A DNA stretch of 64,000 nucleotides from Octopus sinensis (GCF_006345805.1 NC_042999.1:56110001-56174000), one strand, 5' to 3'; shown: positions 51,730 through 63,399, counted from the stretch's first letter. Notes: generated from the letters alone by a model not told the origin. A program made the numbers and translations.

Positions 51730-51965
51730 TGGGGAAATTTCAAACCTGGGTTCTCAATCCTAAAGTATTTTTCGATGTTGTTGTTATTATTATTATTATT
51801 CAGGTCACTGCCTGGAATCAAACTCAGAGTCTTGGGGTTAGTAGCCCACACTCTTAACCACTACGTCATATGCCCACGGGCATATGGTCTAGTGGTTAAG
51901 AGCACAGGCTACTAACTCCGAGATTCCGAGTTCAATTCCAGGCAGTGACCTGAATAATAATAATA

Positions 51966-52429
51966 AAAGATGGGCTACAGCAAATATTCTGCTCAATACC
52001 ACAGATTTGCTTGTCAGTTGTTTGACCTTAACCAGTTGAGCATGTCCCTTAGTGGCTGACGATATGTGCATCTCTGATCACGAGCAGAAGTAGTGGGGGA
52101 GCATCATAGCCATGTGTTGAGAGGGATTCTTTGGGGTTTGAATAATTCACCTCTGGAAACATGGGTGGTTCTTTCAACATCCTTAAACAACCCTTATTCA
52201 GGGACCTTTTGAGCGGGATGGGCTACTCAACCTGAAGAAAATTCTAATTGGGCCCCACCTGCAAGGTCATGCGCTGTTTATCTTGATATGAGATCACCAT
52301 GTCGCGCACATATGGTTGTGATGCATGTGTCTGGTGTACCCTTATCAGACGGGTAGTCATGATGGGTATATTGGGCTTCGTATATTTTACCCCAGTGTCA
52401 CTTTGATGGCATGCACTGCTCTCTCACTC
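51966..52429 (+). mobile_element. Roughly 460-bp insert in the (AAT)n linker of the right arm, probably a retro-element 3' end
   Basis: Absent from the other three arms; followed by (AAT)n. Confidence 0.6.
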
Positions 52430-52504
52430 AATAATAATAATAATAACAACAACAACATCGTAAAATACCTTAGGAATGAAAACCCAGGTTCGAAATTTCC
52501 CCAA

Positions 52505-52547
52505 GACACCTGATGAAGGCTGGAGGGTATATCAGCCGAAACGTATT
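52505..52547 (+). ncRNA. Hammerhead-like motif (dimer 1, right arm)
   Basis: CTGATGA at 52510-52516, GGCTG/CAGCC stem II, GAAA at 52538-52541; the 3' strand of stem I is shortened. Confidence 0.55.
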
Positions 52548-53169
52548 AACAACAAACAAGATGAGGACAAATATCCATCAAATGTAAATAATGAAGATGA
52601 AAGTAGTAAAATGTTTTGATACCAAGAAGATATATTAAATGGAGAAGACTGATTAGCCTTAACATCAATGGCTAGAGTATAAGCAGTTGGAAAAAGTTCA
52701 GAGAACTGAATGTCATTCAAATGAATGAAGAGTATTACTGAAAGGAAAGGAATATGCTGCATATGTAAGAAGGGTCATGATTTATGACATTTCTTACATA
52801 TGAATAATGAATGTAGAGTGCATAATAAGTTGGGAAAGAGGGAAGAGAATATTTCAGTAAATGATCAAAGTATTGATGAGAAAGCAGAAGACAAAATATT
52901 ACAAAAAATGGGGATAGAGTGAATGAAGACTATTATGGAGAGAAACAGGATAAGATGAATGTGTTATGTACTGAAAAGTATGATAGTAACTACAGGAGAG
53001 GAGTGAGAGAAATGAATGTGGAAAGAAGTAGCAAAAGAAAACAAAAAGACGAAGGAAATGGGGACAACAGGATTGATGAAAGAGGATGTAGAAGATAGGG
53101 AACCCACAAAACTAAAATCTGCTTGAGCAGGAAAAATTATACCTTCATCTCCCTCTTCTGATTTTTCTT

Positions 53170-54340
53170 ATGCCTAATTTTTCTTTCAACTTTCTCATAT
53201 GCAATACTGACTTTGCATATCCAGTGGAGCATGCTAGCTTCATTTCCTTCTAACCTTTTACATGTCCTCTACATTCACATTTCACTAACATGTAGCATTG
53301 CTATTTGTACACAAGCATCATACAATCTACCTTTCTCCCAGAGAGAGGAGCCTTTTGTTACCAACAACAGTAATATCTCTCTCAACTCTATCTACCCTGT
53401 TCATATTTAGTAACTATACTTTTAAAACCTTCTCCTCCACTGCTAATTAGGTCACTTAGGTAACAGAAACTTTCTACTACGTCTAAAGGATCCTCTTGGG
53501 CATTTGAGAAAATCTAATTCCAGTGTGTTCTTAGTGTTTATTGCTCCTGTACATCTACCATGAACATAGTCTACTATCTCAGTTAATCTTCCAGTGATTT
53601 TACTGCACCTTTCATGTGTCCATAGTTTGCACTGGATACATCATAAGGAATTACTATCTTTACTTTTTCTACCTATCAACCAGGATTATTTTCTTGAAGG
53701 GATGAGCAGACTGTTTTCCGACTCACTAGGATTTTGAGCTTTCTGAGTTAACTCTAAGGCCCTTTGTTTCAAGGTTTTGCTTCCACACCAGCAATTTCTT
53801 TTCTAATTTTACAACAAATTCAGTTATAAGAGCAAGGTCATCAGCAGAGAGGAGTTCTCACAGGCAACCAATCTTAAACTCTTTTGTTACAGCCTGAAGG
53901 ACACTAATAAATAGGAGGAGTCCAAGAGACAAGAACTCTCATCTTGCTGACAACACCCTTGAACATGTCTTGGAAGGCTAACAACATTCATTCATCTACT
54001 GCTAGCTTCTGCAGCAATCACTAGATCAAAGAGTGGAGAACCTTGTCCAAAGCTTTCTCCTGGTCAACAAAAACCAAATACGACAGTTCACTTTTGCCTG
54101 GAATTGCCTTACTAGGAAGAGAATATTAGTGGAATTTATCTCTGGTATGAAACTGAACTGCATCCCATCTAGTCAAGTCCTTTTCCTTGAAGTTGAACAT
54201 TAACTCTTTCTGTAAGTTTCAAGACCTGGTCCAGCAATTTGATACAACTCTAATTACTCGTCTCTAAGGCATTACCTTTAACTTTGTAGCAGTTGACTAT
54301 AATGTTGCTTTACCAGTCATTAACTATACAGGTGACTGGT
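53170..54340 (-). mobile_element. Old degraded RTE LINE
   Basis: Similar to 34376-35070 and 43100-44300; includes a WELL.ADDL-like segment near 53830-53870. Confidence 0.7.
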
Positions 54341-55346
54341 AAGAGTCACTAATATACTAATTATCCCTGGCAGCATATGTGCTTCTCCCTTAACTTATCA
54401 GAAATTACTGGGCTGGTGACAATCCTTTTAGGCCTGTCCCTCTACCTTTCATACCTCCCTAATTTTCTAAACTCGGCCATTTTTCAAATGCACCCTAGAC
54501 ACCTCACACCAAATCTGTACTGAAACTGTGAGCAGAAACTTTGAAAATATTCTACAATGGAGTCGTGTCAGTTTTGTCACCTTCAACAATAAAAAAAACA
54601 CAATCACTGCACTTATCAAGAAAACATTACCGCATCTCATACTCTTTAAATATGAACAGCAACTAAAACCCATATAATCAACTTGAAATGCTAGATCTTA
54701 CTATTACAGGAGAGATCTCTGCAAAAGGACATTCTCAACCTAGCAAAAACTACATTTCAAAAACTGGCCATTATCTTCAGAGCTAGAAAAATACTTCAGA
54801 CCCAAACAACCACTGGTTCTTTACAAAACTCATAAGACTTATATTAGAATATTGTCCCCATATCTGGTTCAAACCACTACACACACAAAGAAAAGTTACT
54901 CATTTACAAACCCACTCCAATCTTTGGCCCTCTTTTTACCTTTGCTATTAATAGTACACCAGTCTCTGTTCCTGATAACTAGCTAACCTTGTGCCACATC
55001 TACCCAGGGACTCCTGATTCACACATTTCTTTCTCCTCATTCATATTGTATCTAATCAACTAATATTGCCTGTCCATCCTGAGAACATCAACCATTCAGA
55101 ACTCCCTTCATGCACATGTGTTAACCACAGCCATACACTTGTGGCAGTTTAAGTGGAACATTACAAACATCAATCTCACTAGTCTCAAAAGTTTGAAAAT
55201 CAATGTGTGCTGCACCTAACTCCAGAGCAAAATAATGATAAAAAGTGCCATATGTAGTGAGAAGTACAACTGCTTTATACAGAAGATCTGAGAAGATAAT
55301 GCATAAAAATAAATACTGAAGTTCAATAAGTTTACTGTTAACATAC

Positions 55347-55474
55347 TTTTTCCAATGAGCTCATATCAATATCCATGCTTGAAGTTGAATCATCATTCAA
55401 ATAGAAAGAATCTTGTGAACTTTGCACTGTATTTTCTCCAGCTATGTCTTCTTTCAAAGAAGAAGAATCTCCAT
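55347..55474 (-). CDS. KMT2C: KMT2C/D acidic linker exon (DGDSSSLKEDIAGEN...MDIDMSSLEK)
   Basis: tttttcag acceptor, gtatgt donor, 128 nt, phase 1-0; restores the frame into the next exon. Confidence 0.8.
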
Positions 55475-56179
55475 CTGAAAAATCGTATTTTTCATACAAA
55501 CAAAATACACATTTTTACAATCATTTTTGCAAAGAAATTTACTGGAAAAGAAACATGCACTAATATTTCAGATAAAATATATAATTCACTCTGGTTCAAC
55601 AAATCTTCAGGTGTATACAATGAACTTTTTTTACAGTGACTAAATAGAAAACCATGCAATAAAACTTGACTGGCATGCCTGAATACAACAATTATGGCAA
55701 GAACATACTTAGGCTGTAAGACCTGAGGATTTTCTTTTTACTGTTCAGACCACCAACTATTATAATCAGCATCACTGATTTTACTTTTTCTCATGCTGCT
55801 TTAAAGTTGGCTGAAACTCAAATACTATAACCAGGTTCTTCAGATAATGTCTAACTACATAATTGTAGCTATAGTCAAGAATGTGTATGTGTGTTATGAA
55901 TAAATCAGTCAATAAAAAGATAAAACGGAACAGAGAAGTAAGTCAAGCAAGCAGTTGAAATATCACAAGAATCTGTCCAAAATTTTTGCAACATGCCAGT
56001 TCACTGTATTAGTCTAAATATAATCAACTTCACTAATTATAAGTTCATTTCTTGCCTGATACTGAAAGTACTAAATAAAGAATGAAGTGTAATATTTTAT
56101 TTCATTCAGTCTTTCAAACAATTTATGCAATAAATTAGATTTATAGATTGATAAGGAAAATATGTAAGTAAATATATAC

Positions 56180-56237
56180 CTTTAGTCGATAATTCTTCAA
56201 ACATTTCATCCTGACTTCGTATACCAATGCTGCACAG
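56180..56237 (-). CDS. KMT2C: KMT2C/D linker exon (LCSIGIRSQDEMFEELSTK)
   Basis: tttttacag acceptor, gtatat donor, 58 nt, phase 0-1; needed to keep the frame. Confidence 0.75.
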
Positions 56238-56330
56238 CTGTAAAAAGCAAATTAATATTATTTTTTGGGAATTAGTAATAATAATTAGAGTGATTAAAAG
56301 TCAAACCATGATCAAGCAAATGAAAAGTAC

Positions 56331-56445
56331 CTCAGAATCTCGATTTCGACATACTGTGCATACATAGTCTGTCTGGCATTCATTGTCTTTAAAATGTAGT
56401 GAAAATGTACTATCTACAGTTTCAACACATTCTACATGAACATAC
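56331..56445 (-). CDS. KMT2C: KMT2C/D exon, end of PHD (YVHVECVE...DYVCTVCRNRDSE)
   Basis: ctttttag acceptor, gtactt donor, 115 nt, phase 2-0. Confidence 0.9.
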
Positions 56446-56741
56446 CTAAAAAGAAAAAAAATGACATATTAAAACAACTTGTAAACAATTATAATGTAAA
56501 AATACACAAGTAATAACAAATAAATTAAAATGTTAATCAAATATCCAAAAAATTCATTCATAATATAAAATTAGCTTAAACAAAGTGAACTGAATTTTTG
56601 AATGTTAACACACAAATCTAATTTAAAATGCTAACACTGACCATTGAAAAAGGTAATTTGTTCAGTTCTATATTTAAGAGATGAGGAATAATGTACATTA
56701 TTTACATTTGACAGATATTTGTCCTTATCTTGTTTGTTGTT

Positions 56742-56787
56742 AACAGAGCGTTTCAACTGATATACCCTCCAGCCTTCATCAGGTGTC
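56742..56787 (-). ncRNA. Hammerhead-like motif (dimer 2, left arm)
   Basis: Minus strand GACAC-CTGATGA-A-GGCTG-gagggtatat-CAGTT-GAAA-CG-CT-CTGTT. Confidence 0.55.
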
Positions 56788-57032
56788 TTGGGAAAATTTC
56801 GAACCCGGGTTCTCATTCCTAAGGTATTTTTCGATATTCGTCTTCTTATTATTATTATTCAGGTCACTGCCTGGAATCAAACTCGGAATCTTGGGGTTAG
56901 TAGCATATGGCATAGTGGTTAAGAGCGCAGGCTATTAACCCCAAGATTCCAAGTCCGATTCCAGGCAGTGACCTTAACAACAACATCAAAAAATACCGTA
57001 GGAATGAAAACCCAGATTCGAAATTTCCCCAA

Positions 57033-57075
57033 GACACCTGATGAAGGCTGGAGGTATATCAGCCAAAACGTGTTA
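57033..57075 (+). ncRNA. Hammerhead-like motif (dimer 2, right arm), G12 mutated to A
   Basis: GACAC-CTGATGA-A-GGCTG-gaggtatat-CAGCC-AAAA-CGTGTT. Confidence 0.45.
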
Positions 57076-57182
57076 ACAACAAACAAGATGAGGACAAATA
57101 CCCATCAAATGTAAATAATGTAAATAAAGGTAATTTGTTCACTAAAATTCTGGAAATTCAAATATTACAAAATTTTACTCAC

Positions 57183-57373
57183 TTCTGACATATTTTACAC
57201 TGCAGCATTGTCTTTTGAGTAAAATGCCTATAAGCTTTTCCACAGAGAGGACAAGATAATCCTTTATTACGCTGTTGATAACAACTGTCACAAACGGAAT
57301 AATTTAGGTGCCATCGAGAACTTGGTCCACTACCAGGTGTTCGTGAACCACAATCTCCACAAACTCGACAATG
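57183..57373 (-). CDS. KMT2C: KMT2C/D exon (HCRVCGDCGSRTPG...CDSCYQQRNKGLSCPLCGKAY...CKICQ)
   Basis: ttttcag acceptor, gtgagt donor, 191 nt, phase 0-2. Confidence 0.94.
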
Positions 57374-57589
57374 CTGAAAACAATATAATATTAAATGAGA
57401 ATTTCTTTTTGTCTTAATTTTATTAATTTAGATCCATTTTCCATGCTAAAATGTGTGGTGGTTTTCCACATACTTAGATGTTTTGGGTCTTTCAAGAGGT
57501 TTATGTGTGTAATAGAAAAAAATGCTGTTAAACATACTTAAAGTTCTACTTTCCAAGTACATGTCATTAAAACATCTTTTCCATTGTGT

Positions 57590-58280
57590 GCAGGTGTATC
57601 AAGATGGAAGCAAAAAGAATTGAGATCTCCGCTTGAGGTGCATAGAAAGGCTTCTGCTCCCTGACTGTATGCAAGAACAATGTTGGGAGTGCTGTCATCA
57701 ACTTCTCAACAACTTGAAGTGTCATGGCAATCAAATTCTCGTGTTTGCTGCTGAGAAACCTTCATAATCAATCCAGTCATCAACAGGCAGAACTACCACA
57801 TGATCAGCTTTAGCTGATCATGCTATGTGTCCATGACCAAGCACCTGGCTCAGTATCATGGCTTCGAATGGCGAGAAGATACTGCCAGTGTGATTTGCGG
57901 CCAGTTACAGGCTCACCACAGCTGACGACAGGGACATCTTGGCCACAGAAGTCCTGCCCTGGGTGAGAAAGATCATGAAGAAGGCAGACATCTTTCAGCA
58001 GGATGGTACTCTGGCCCACATGGCCAAGGCCATGCAAGATTGGTTGGGGTCAAACATGAACTTCTGGTCAAGTCGCCAGACCTCAACCCACTCAACTACA
58101 GCGTTTGGGTGCATGTCAAGGGCAAGGCCTGCAAGGTCCGCCACAACAATGTTGACAAGCTTAAATCCTCCATCAACCATATGTAGGCCAGCATGAGGAA
58201 GGACGCTGTCCACATTGTACATGACATTCAGGTCTCACCTGGAGCACGTGCTCACCGCTGAGGGCAGCCACATTAATTAA
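57590..58280 (+). pseudogene. Tc1/mariner-superfamily (maT/DD37D-like) transposase remnant
   Basis: EVLPWV, FQQDG..AH and DLNPL.YSVW motifs; stops and deletions. Confidence 0.75.
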
Positions 58281-58501
58281 CATTAACATTTAAAAACACA
58301 TTTATATGTTAAAACAATAAAAGCATGTCTAACTGCAACTTCCTTATATTTTTATCCGGCCCTCATTTTTCCTACAAGCAGCCAGATTATCAATTGCATT
58401 AATTTCCTCACACCACAAACATACAAAGATCATAGGCACTTTCCCACTTCTAATTAAATAATAAAAATAGGAAAGATTAAAAAATTATATACGATACATA
58501 C

Positions 58502-58616
58502 TTTGCATTTCCATCCATTCTTTGGTGCTGCTGTCATCACAGGTTTTAAGCAAAATGTATGGTATCCTTTATCACAATTATCACAAAACAGCATTTTACT
58601 TTCCTCACCAGATTGT
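58502..58616 (-). CDS. KMT2C: KMT2C/D exon, PHD (QSGEESKMLFCDNCDKGYHTFCLKPVMTAAPKNGWKCK)
   Basis: tttctag acceptor, gtatgt donor, 115 nt, phase 2-0; lies within ORF 58454..58672. Confidence 0.95.
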
Positions 58617-60956
58617 CTAGAAAAATACAATGAAAAAAAAAAAAAACAAACATTTAATATAACTTCAAGCAATAGTCTGCACTCATTTTTAAAGCAATAT
58701 AAATTTGTTGAGTATTCCCTATAAAAACATTACTTTTCAATTAATACAAAGGACGTCAACAACGTAGTACTTTGTATGAACAGCTATGGTGAAATTTCCA
58801 ATTAATTTTTTTTTTTAATTCTTTACAGTTTTAATTGCAAAGAAATGGAAAATAAATTAAATTTTCTCTGTCAGCCATTCATTTACATATCATGGCACTA
58901 GAAAGAGGGAGGAATAAATGTTAAAATCATGAAAATAATAAAGAAACATCAAGAGTTGAAAAGTGGTGAGATATAGAGAAACATTCTAAATTATCTTGTC
59001 ACTAGACCGACTAGAAATAGACGTACTAACGTTTGAGTGATACCATACTGTTTTTTTCTCCTCCAGTCTTGCATTTAATCTCTCTCTCTCTCTCATTCAT
59101 ACTCATTTCTCCTTGTCTCCTGTTTGCAACTCCTCCTCAATACATATTGAAGAGAGATACTTTTTCTTTTTCATTCCATTTTGCTCTATTCTCTCTCAGT
59201 CTTTTAAAGTCATCTCTCTTAGTTTTCCTGTTTGTGAGTTTCTGTTACAGAATCTCTCTCTGTTTCTCTCTTTGTCCTCTTTGCCAGTCCTTTACTTTAG
59301 TCTCCTCTCTGTCTCCCCCCATACAGTTATGTCAGTCACTCAAAATTAAAGCCAAAACTATCCAGAAATAACTGAGGAAGTCCCAACTTTCCATTTCTGG
59401 TCAGACTTTAGTAAGAGAGTTAAGCGAGAATATTGTTGTTGATTGAGTTGAATGAGTGATCAGCAGTTTAGTGAGAGAGCAAATTAATCCAGAATGCATA
59501 TATAAACAGATGACTGAGTCTTAGTAATTTAAACAACTCTTAACATTTTATTACAAATGTGTTCAAAGCAGCAAATTGAATAGACTCTTAAAATAGTGAA
59601 ACAAAAAGGAGTTTGCAGTTTTCCACCTTTGAAGGTACACAGGAAGATGCCTGCAAAAAATATATGTAAAGACTTACTGACATTTTTGTGTAGTATCACA
59701 AAAGGATTAGCTGAATACATAAGGCTAAACATGATGGCTGTACTTAAGTGGAGTTGCCATGCTAGTGATTGAATGTAGAAGAGATGTGCGTTGCCATCAC
59801 ATTGGTTGAAAAATCAACACAGACAGCACAGCAAGGACTTGTTAACAGATCAAATTCGAAGCACCAACTCCCATGAGGCAGTTAAATTTTAGGCATGCAG
59901 AAACAGGCAAATCAGAACAAGGCTAACACAAATAATGCGCCCACAACTATGTGAGGGCTGCATTGCTCAATATGGTGTCCAACTACGCCAAAGGGAAAAT
60001 AATCCCAACATGTGGCTACATAGTGCTCCTAGAAGACTAACTTTTAAGAAAATAAACAGTAATTGTCACTTTTGTCTGGTAATAATATCAATCCCTCTCC
60101 TCAAAGAAGCTATCAGGAGTATATACAAAACATATGTACCTATTAAATTCATAGAAAAATATTCAACAAAATCAAAATTTATATGTTTCTTCAACAGATA
60201 CCATTTAAAACTATAACAAGTGACATAATTGTGTCTTTGGAACTTTATCACTCACACTTGATGACAATACCTGTACTTTTCGTGAAGAAGCCACACTGCA
60301 CATACGCAACAGGTGGAGTATTTTCATTATTTTATTCCTAGCACCACAATACGGGAACATTAAAAGAGTATCCCAACTAACTGGATCCCATTAATGAAAT
60401 GTAAATTCAGGTCCATCACAAAAACAATAATGAAATTATTGTTCTTCTATCCACCATAAGTACATCTCATAACTACATCACACATTTCTACCAGCATGTT
60501 AGCACATACACAACAGAAAGGCAAAAAAGAAAAAAAAGGAAGCCATATGTTAATCTGATTTTTTAACAAAATTCACTCATGTGTCTAACAGCAAAACTTT
60601 GAAGGGTTGAATTTCACAAAGGAAATGTAGAGACAGGATAGAACTTAAATGTAAATATTACTAAATGCATCTGTATATGTAGCAGTACTGTACCCAATGC
60701 AGAAACAAGAGTAAATACTCTATTGTGATCCTCACTTGAGCTTTGTTGAGTATCACAAATTGATGGAAGCAATTTTCAGGATGCAGTCCTAGCTAAATAC
60801 AGCATGTGCTTTTGCTAGAAGGAATCCTCAATGACAGCAAGGTTTAACACTGAACAACTGATTGCTCTAGTTTGAATGCAGCTCATATTTAATGGAGTGC
60901 AGTGGGGTTTTATTAATAGGGGGCATTATTAGAAGTCACAGCAAGTATAATGATTA

Positions 60957-61084
60957 ATGTAGAGGCTTTCTTGTTGGCTCATGCTCGTAGTGTGTAGATT
61001 GTTGTTGTGGCAGTTCTCATAGAATTAAGAGCATATGTATTGTAATTTCTGTGTAGTGATTGAATCTTGAATTGAAAAATAAAG
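60957..61084 (+). repeat. Left arm of a 128-bp near-perfect inverted repeat
   Basis: Reverse complement of 62654-62781 with 1 mismatch. Confidence 0.95.
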
Positions 61085-61435
61085 GAGGGAATGGAAGACA
61101 ATAAGCCCAAAAGCATGACAGAGTTTACTGAAAGTGGAATGGAAAGAAACTTTGTCAACACATCACAATGGTGCAATCTGATAGGAAGCTACTGATTCAA
61201 GAAATAAGAGATGAAGGGAGACATAAATGTGAAATTTCAATAAAAGATTCACAAACCAGATACAGTTGAAAACTTTGCTCATGTCTAGAGCAACAACACT
61301 GTTTTTACCAAATAGGTGACATAATTAATGTATGGCAAATTGGGACTCAACATTTTCTCTTAACCAATGAAACACTCAATTTTTCATTCCACATATATTA
61401 AAGAAATAGAAAAGATTTGAAAAGTATTAACTTAC

Positions 61436-61613
61436 TTGCAAGTAAGACATATTTTACATCTTGGACACTGCCACCCTGCTCGCACAGCAGGTTGAACTGC
61501 TACTGCTGGTTGTAAACAGTGGCCATGATAATGACCACCACAAGTAGTGCAAAATAGCAAAGAACAATTGCCAGACCATTTGCTACATGCAATACAGAGA
61601 GCCTGTTGACCAG
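61436..61613 (-). CDS. KMT2C: KMT2C/D exon, PHD (ALCIACSKW...FCTTCGGHYHGHCLQP...RAGWQCPRCKICLTC)
   Basis: tttacag acceptor, gtaagt donor, 178 nt, phase 1-2. Confidence 0.95.
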
Positions 61614-61749
61614 CTGTAAATGAAATATATGTATAATATCTGAATAATTTGTCGAGCTAATAGAAATAAAATTAAAATTTACGAACTCAGTATCAAACAT
61701 TTAGTTGTGAATAAACAAGAAAACTGAAAAAATCTTATGAAATTCTTAC

Positions 61750-61807
61750 CAATGGTCTCTGCTTGGTCAGTGTGTTCTGGGCAGAGCAAAGACGGCCCTT
61801 TGATATC
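61750..61807 (-). CDS. KMT2C: KMT2C/D exon, end of ePHD (DIKGPSLLCPEHTDQAETI)
   Basis: ttttag acceptor, gtaaga donor, 58 nt, phase 0-1; CPEH motif. Confidence 0.9.
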
Positions 61808-62109
61808 CTAAAATTTTGAAAGTACATACAATAACACTTTTATGAGAATTTGACCATACAAAATATCTACATGATCAGATATTTAAGTTCAATAATTAAT
61901 TAAATCAAACATTACAAAATGAACATTTAATCACAAATGCCACTATATTCAAAATACCTTCACTTAATATTATGTTACCAGTTGAAAACTAAAATATAAC
62001 CTTAAATAACAAGAAAAACATTTCATATTAGATTAGCCTATTTTAAAAAAGGAATTCAAAATTAATCTTAAGTATGCAAAACATTTAATTGAATTTAACA
62101 ATATTTTTA

Positions 62110-62335
62110 AATATTGGTCTTAAATTTTGCACAAGGCCAGCAATTTTGGGGGTGGGAGTAAGTCAATTATATCAACCCCAGTGCTCAACTGGTACTTATT
62201 TTATCAATCCCAAAAGAGTGAAAGGTAAAAGCTGACCTTGGCAGAATTTGAAGTTAGAATATAAAGCTAGACAAAATACTGCTAAGCATTTTGCCTGGCA
62301 TGGTAATAATTATACGAGCTCACCACCTTGTCTCA
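62110..62335 (-). mobile_element. tRNA-derived SINE (same family as the 38530 outer element)
   Basis: GCACAAGGCCAGCAATTT and CCCCAGTGCTCAAC motifs; GCTAAGCATTTTGCC head segment. Confidence 0.7.
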
Positions 62336-62362
62336 AAAGATATATTCAAATAATTGACTTAC

Positions 62363-62467
62363 TTGGAAACATCCACTGCTAGCTGCACATGGATAATGAT
62401 ATTTTTTCGTACAACGAGGAATTCTGCAAGTTATTGTTGCGCCGTATCGATGACAGTAACTGCATTT
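62363..62467 (-). CDS. KMT2C: KMT2C/D exon, ePHD (KCSYCHRYGATITCRIPRCTKKYHYPCAASSGCFQ)
   Basis: tttacag acceptor, gtaagt donor, 105 nt, phase 0-0. Confidence 0.93.
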
Positions 62468-62653
62468 CTGTAAAATTTGTTTTTAAAATGAACATTTGCT
62501 GTAAATTGTCTAAATAATATTCACAAATTAGTTTCAACATCTAGTTTTCCCACTCTAACTCTTCAAAAAACTAAATAAACTCAGAAGCTGGAAATGTTGC
62601 CATTTTTAAGTCTAAATCAAGAAATCTGCCCTTCTGTTCATGTCTAACTTATT

Positions 62654-62781
62654 CTTTATTTTTCAATTCAAGATTCAATCACTACACAGAAATTACAATA
62701 CATATGCTCATAATTCTATGAGAACTGCCACAACAACAATCTACACACTACGAGCATGAGCCAACAAGAAAGCCTCTACAT
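62654..62781 (-). repeat. Right arm of the 128-bp near-perfect inverted repeat
   Basis: Reverse complement of 60957-61084 with 1 mismatch. Confidence 0.95.
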
Positions 62782-63399
62782 ATTCACTTGACCTTGTAGA
62801 AATAGAAGCCAAATTTTCCTCAAACAATATTCTATATCTTAACAAAAAGGACACATTTCCCATAAAAGATCATCATGAATGGAATGCCTTTGTTCATATG
62901 TCTACTCAATCAGAGCTGACATTAGGTTAAAAACAATAACAATTAATTACCAACAACCATTAAATAACTTACAAGAGGGTTTGCTAAATAAAAACATACT
63001 GCAAACAGAACACTTTCAACCAAAACCGGTATATCTTCTACTTCTTACTCTTCTCTCTGTATACTCCAGACTTTCCTTAGTTTAGACACATGGCCACCAG
63101 TTACAATAATTCCTTTAGTAGCTAAGGTCCCACAAATCAATGGATCCTGGCAGTATTTCAGCCATTATGAAATAGTATACTCCCAAGTTGACTCTTAAAC
63201 TCACTATGCTTTTTTTAGAATTTCTTTCTCTTAAGAATTTAATGTAAAATATGAAAGCATATTCATTAGAAAATCTAATAAAGCTGCCTACTCTCAGTTT
63301 CCATCTAAATTGTGAACTATTTGTCAAGTTGTTCAATTGCAGCATGTGCTGATGAAAATCTGACTACACTTCATTTACTTCAGTTCCATCATTTCTTTA

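Larger units (their letters stand above)
51613..52593. mobile_element. Head-to-head palindromic dimer of a tRNA-headed, hammerhead-bearing SINE (copy 1)
   Basis: Left arm 51613-51875 (minus), AC spacer, right arm 51878-52593 (plus). A-box at 51885-51895, B-box at 51928-51939. TSD AAGATGAAAGTA at 51600-51611 and 52594-52605. Confidence 0.85.
56665..57125. mobile_element. Head-to-head palindromic dimer of the same SINE (copy 2), hairpin apex deleted
   Basis: Arms meet at about 56903; 16-bp TSD AAAGGTAATTTGTTCA at 56649-56664 and 57126-57141. Confidence 0.87.

Noticed and set aside
51878-51950. tRNA genes at SINE heads (also 5629, 38980-39053 and 56904)
   Set aside because: A and B boxes are present, but there is no full cloverleaf or acceptor stem and they run into SINE bodies.
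63030-63345. Candidate upstream KMT2C/D exon / ORF 63115..63345
   Set aside because: Lacks the expected ePHD W.H..C..WS motif and a consistent splice pair; the upstream exon is probably outside the window.
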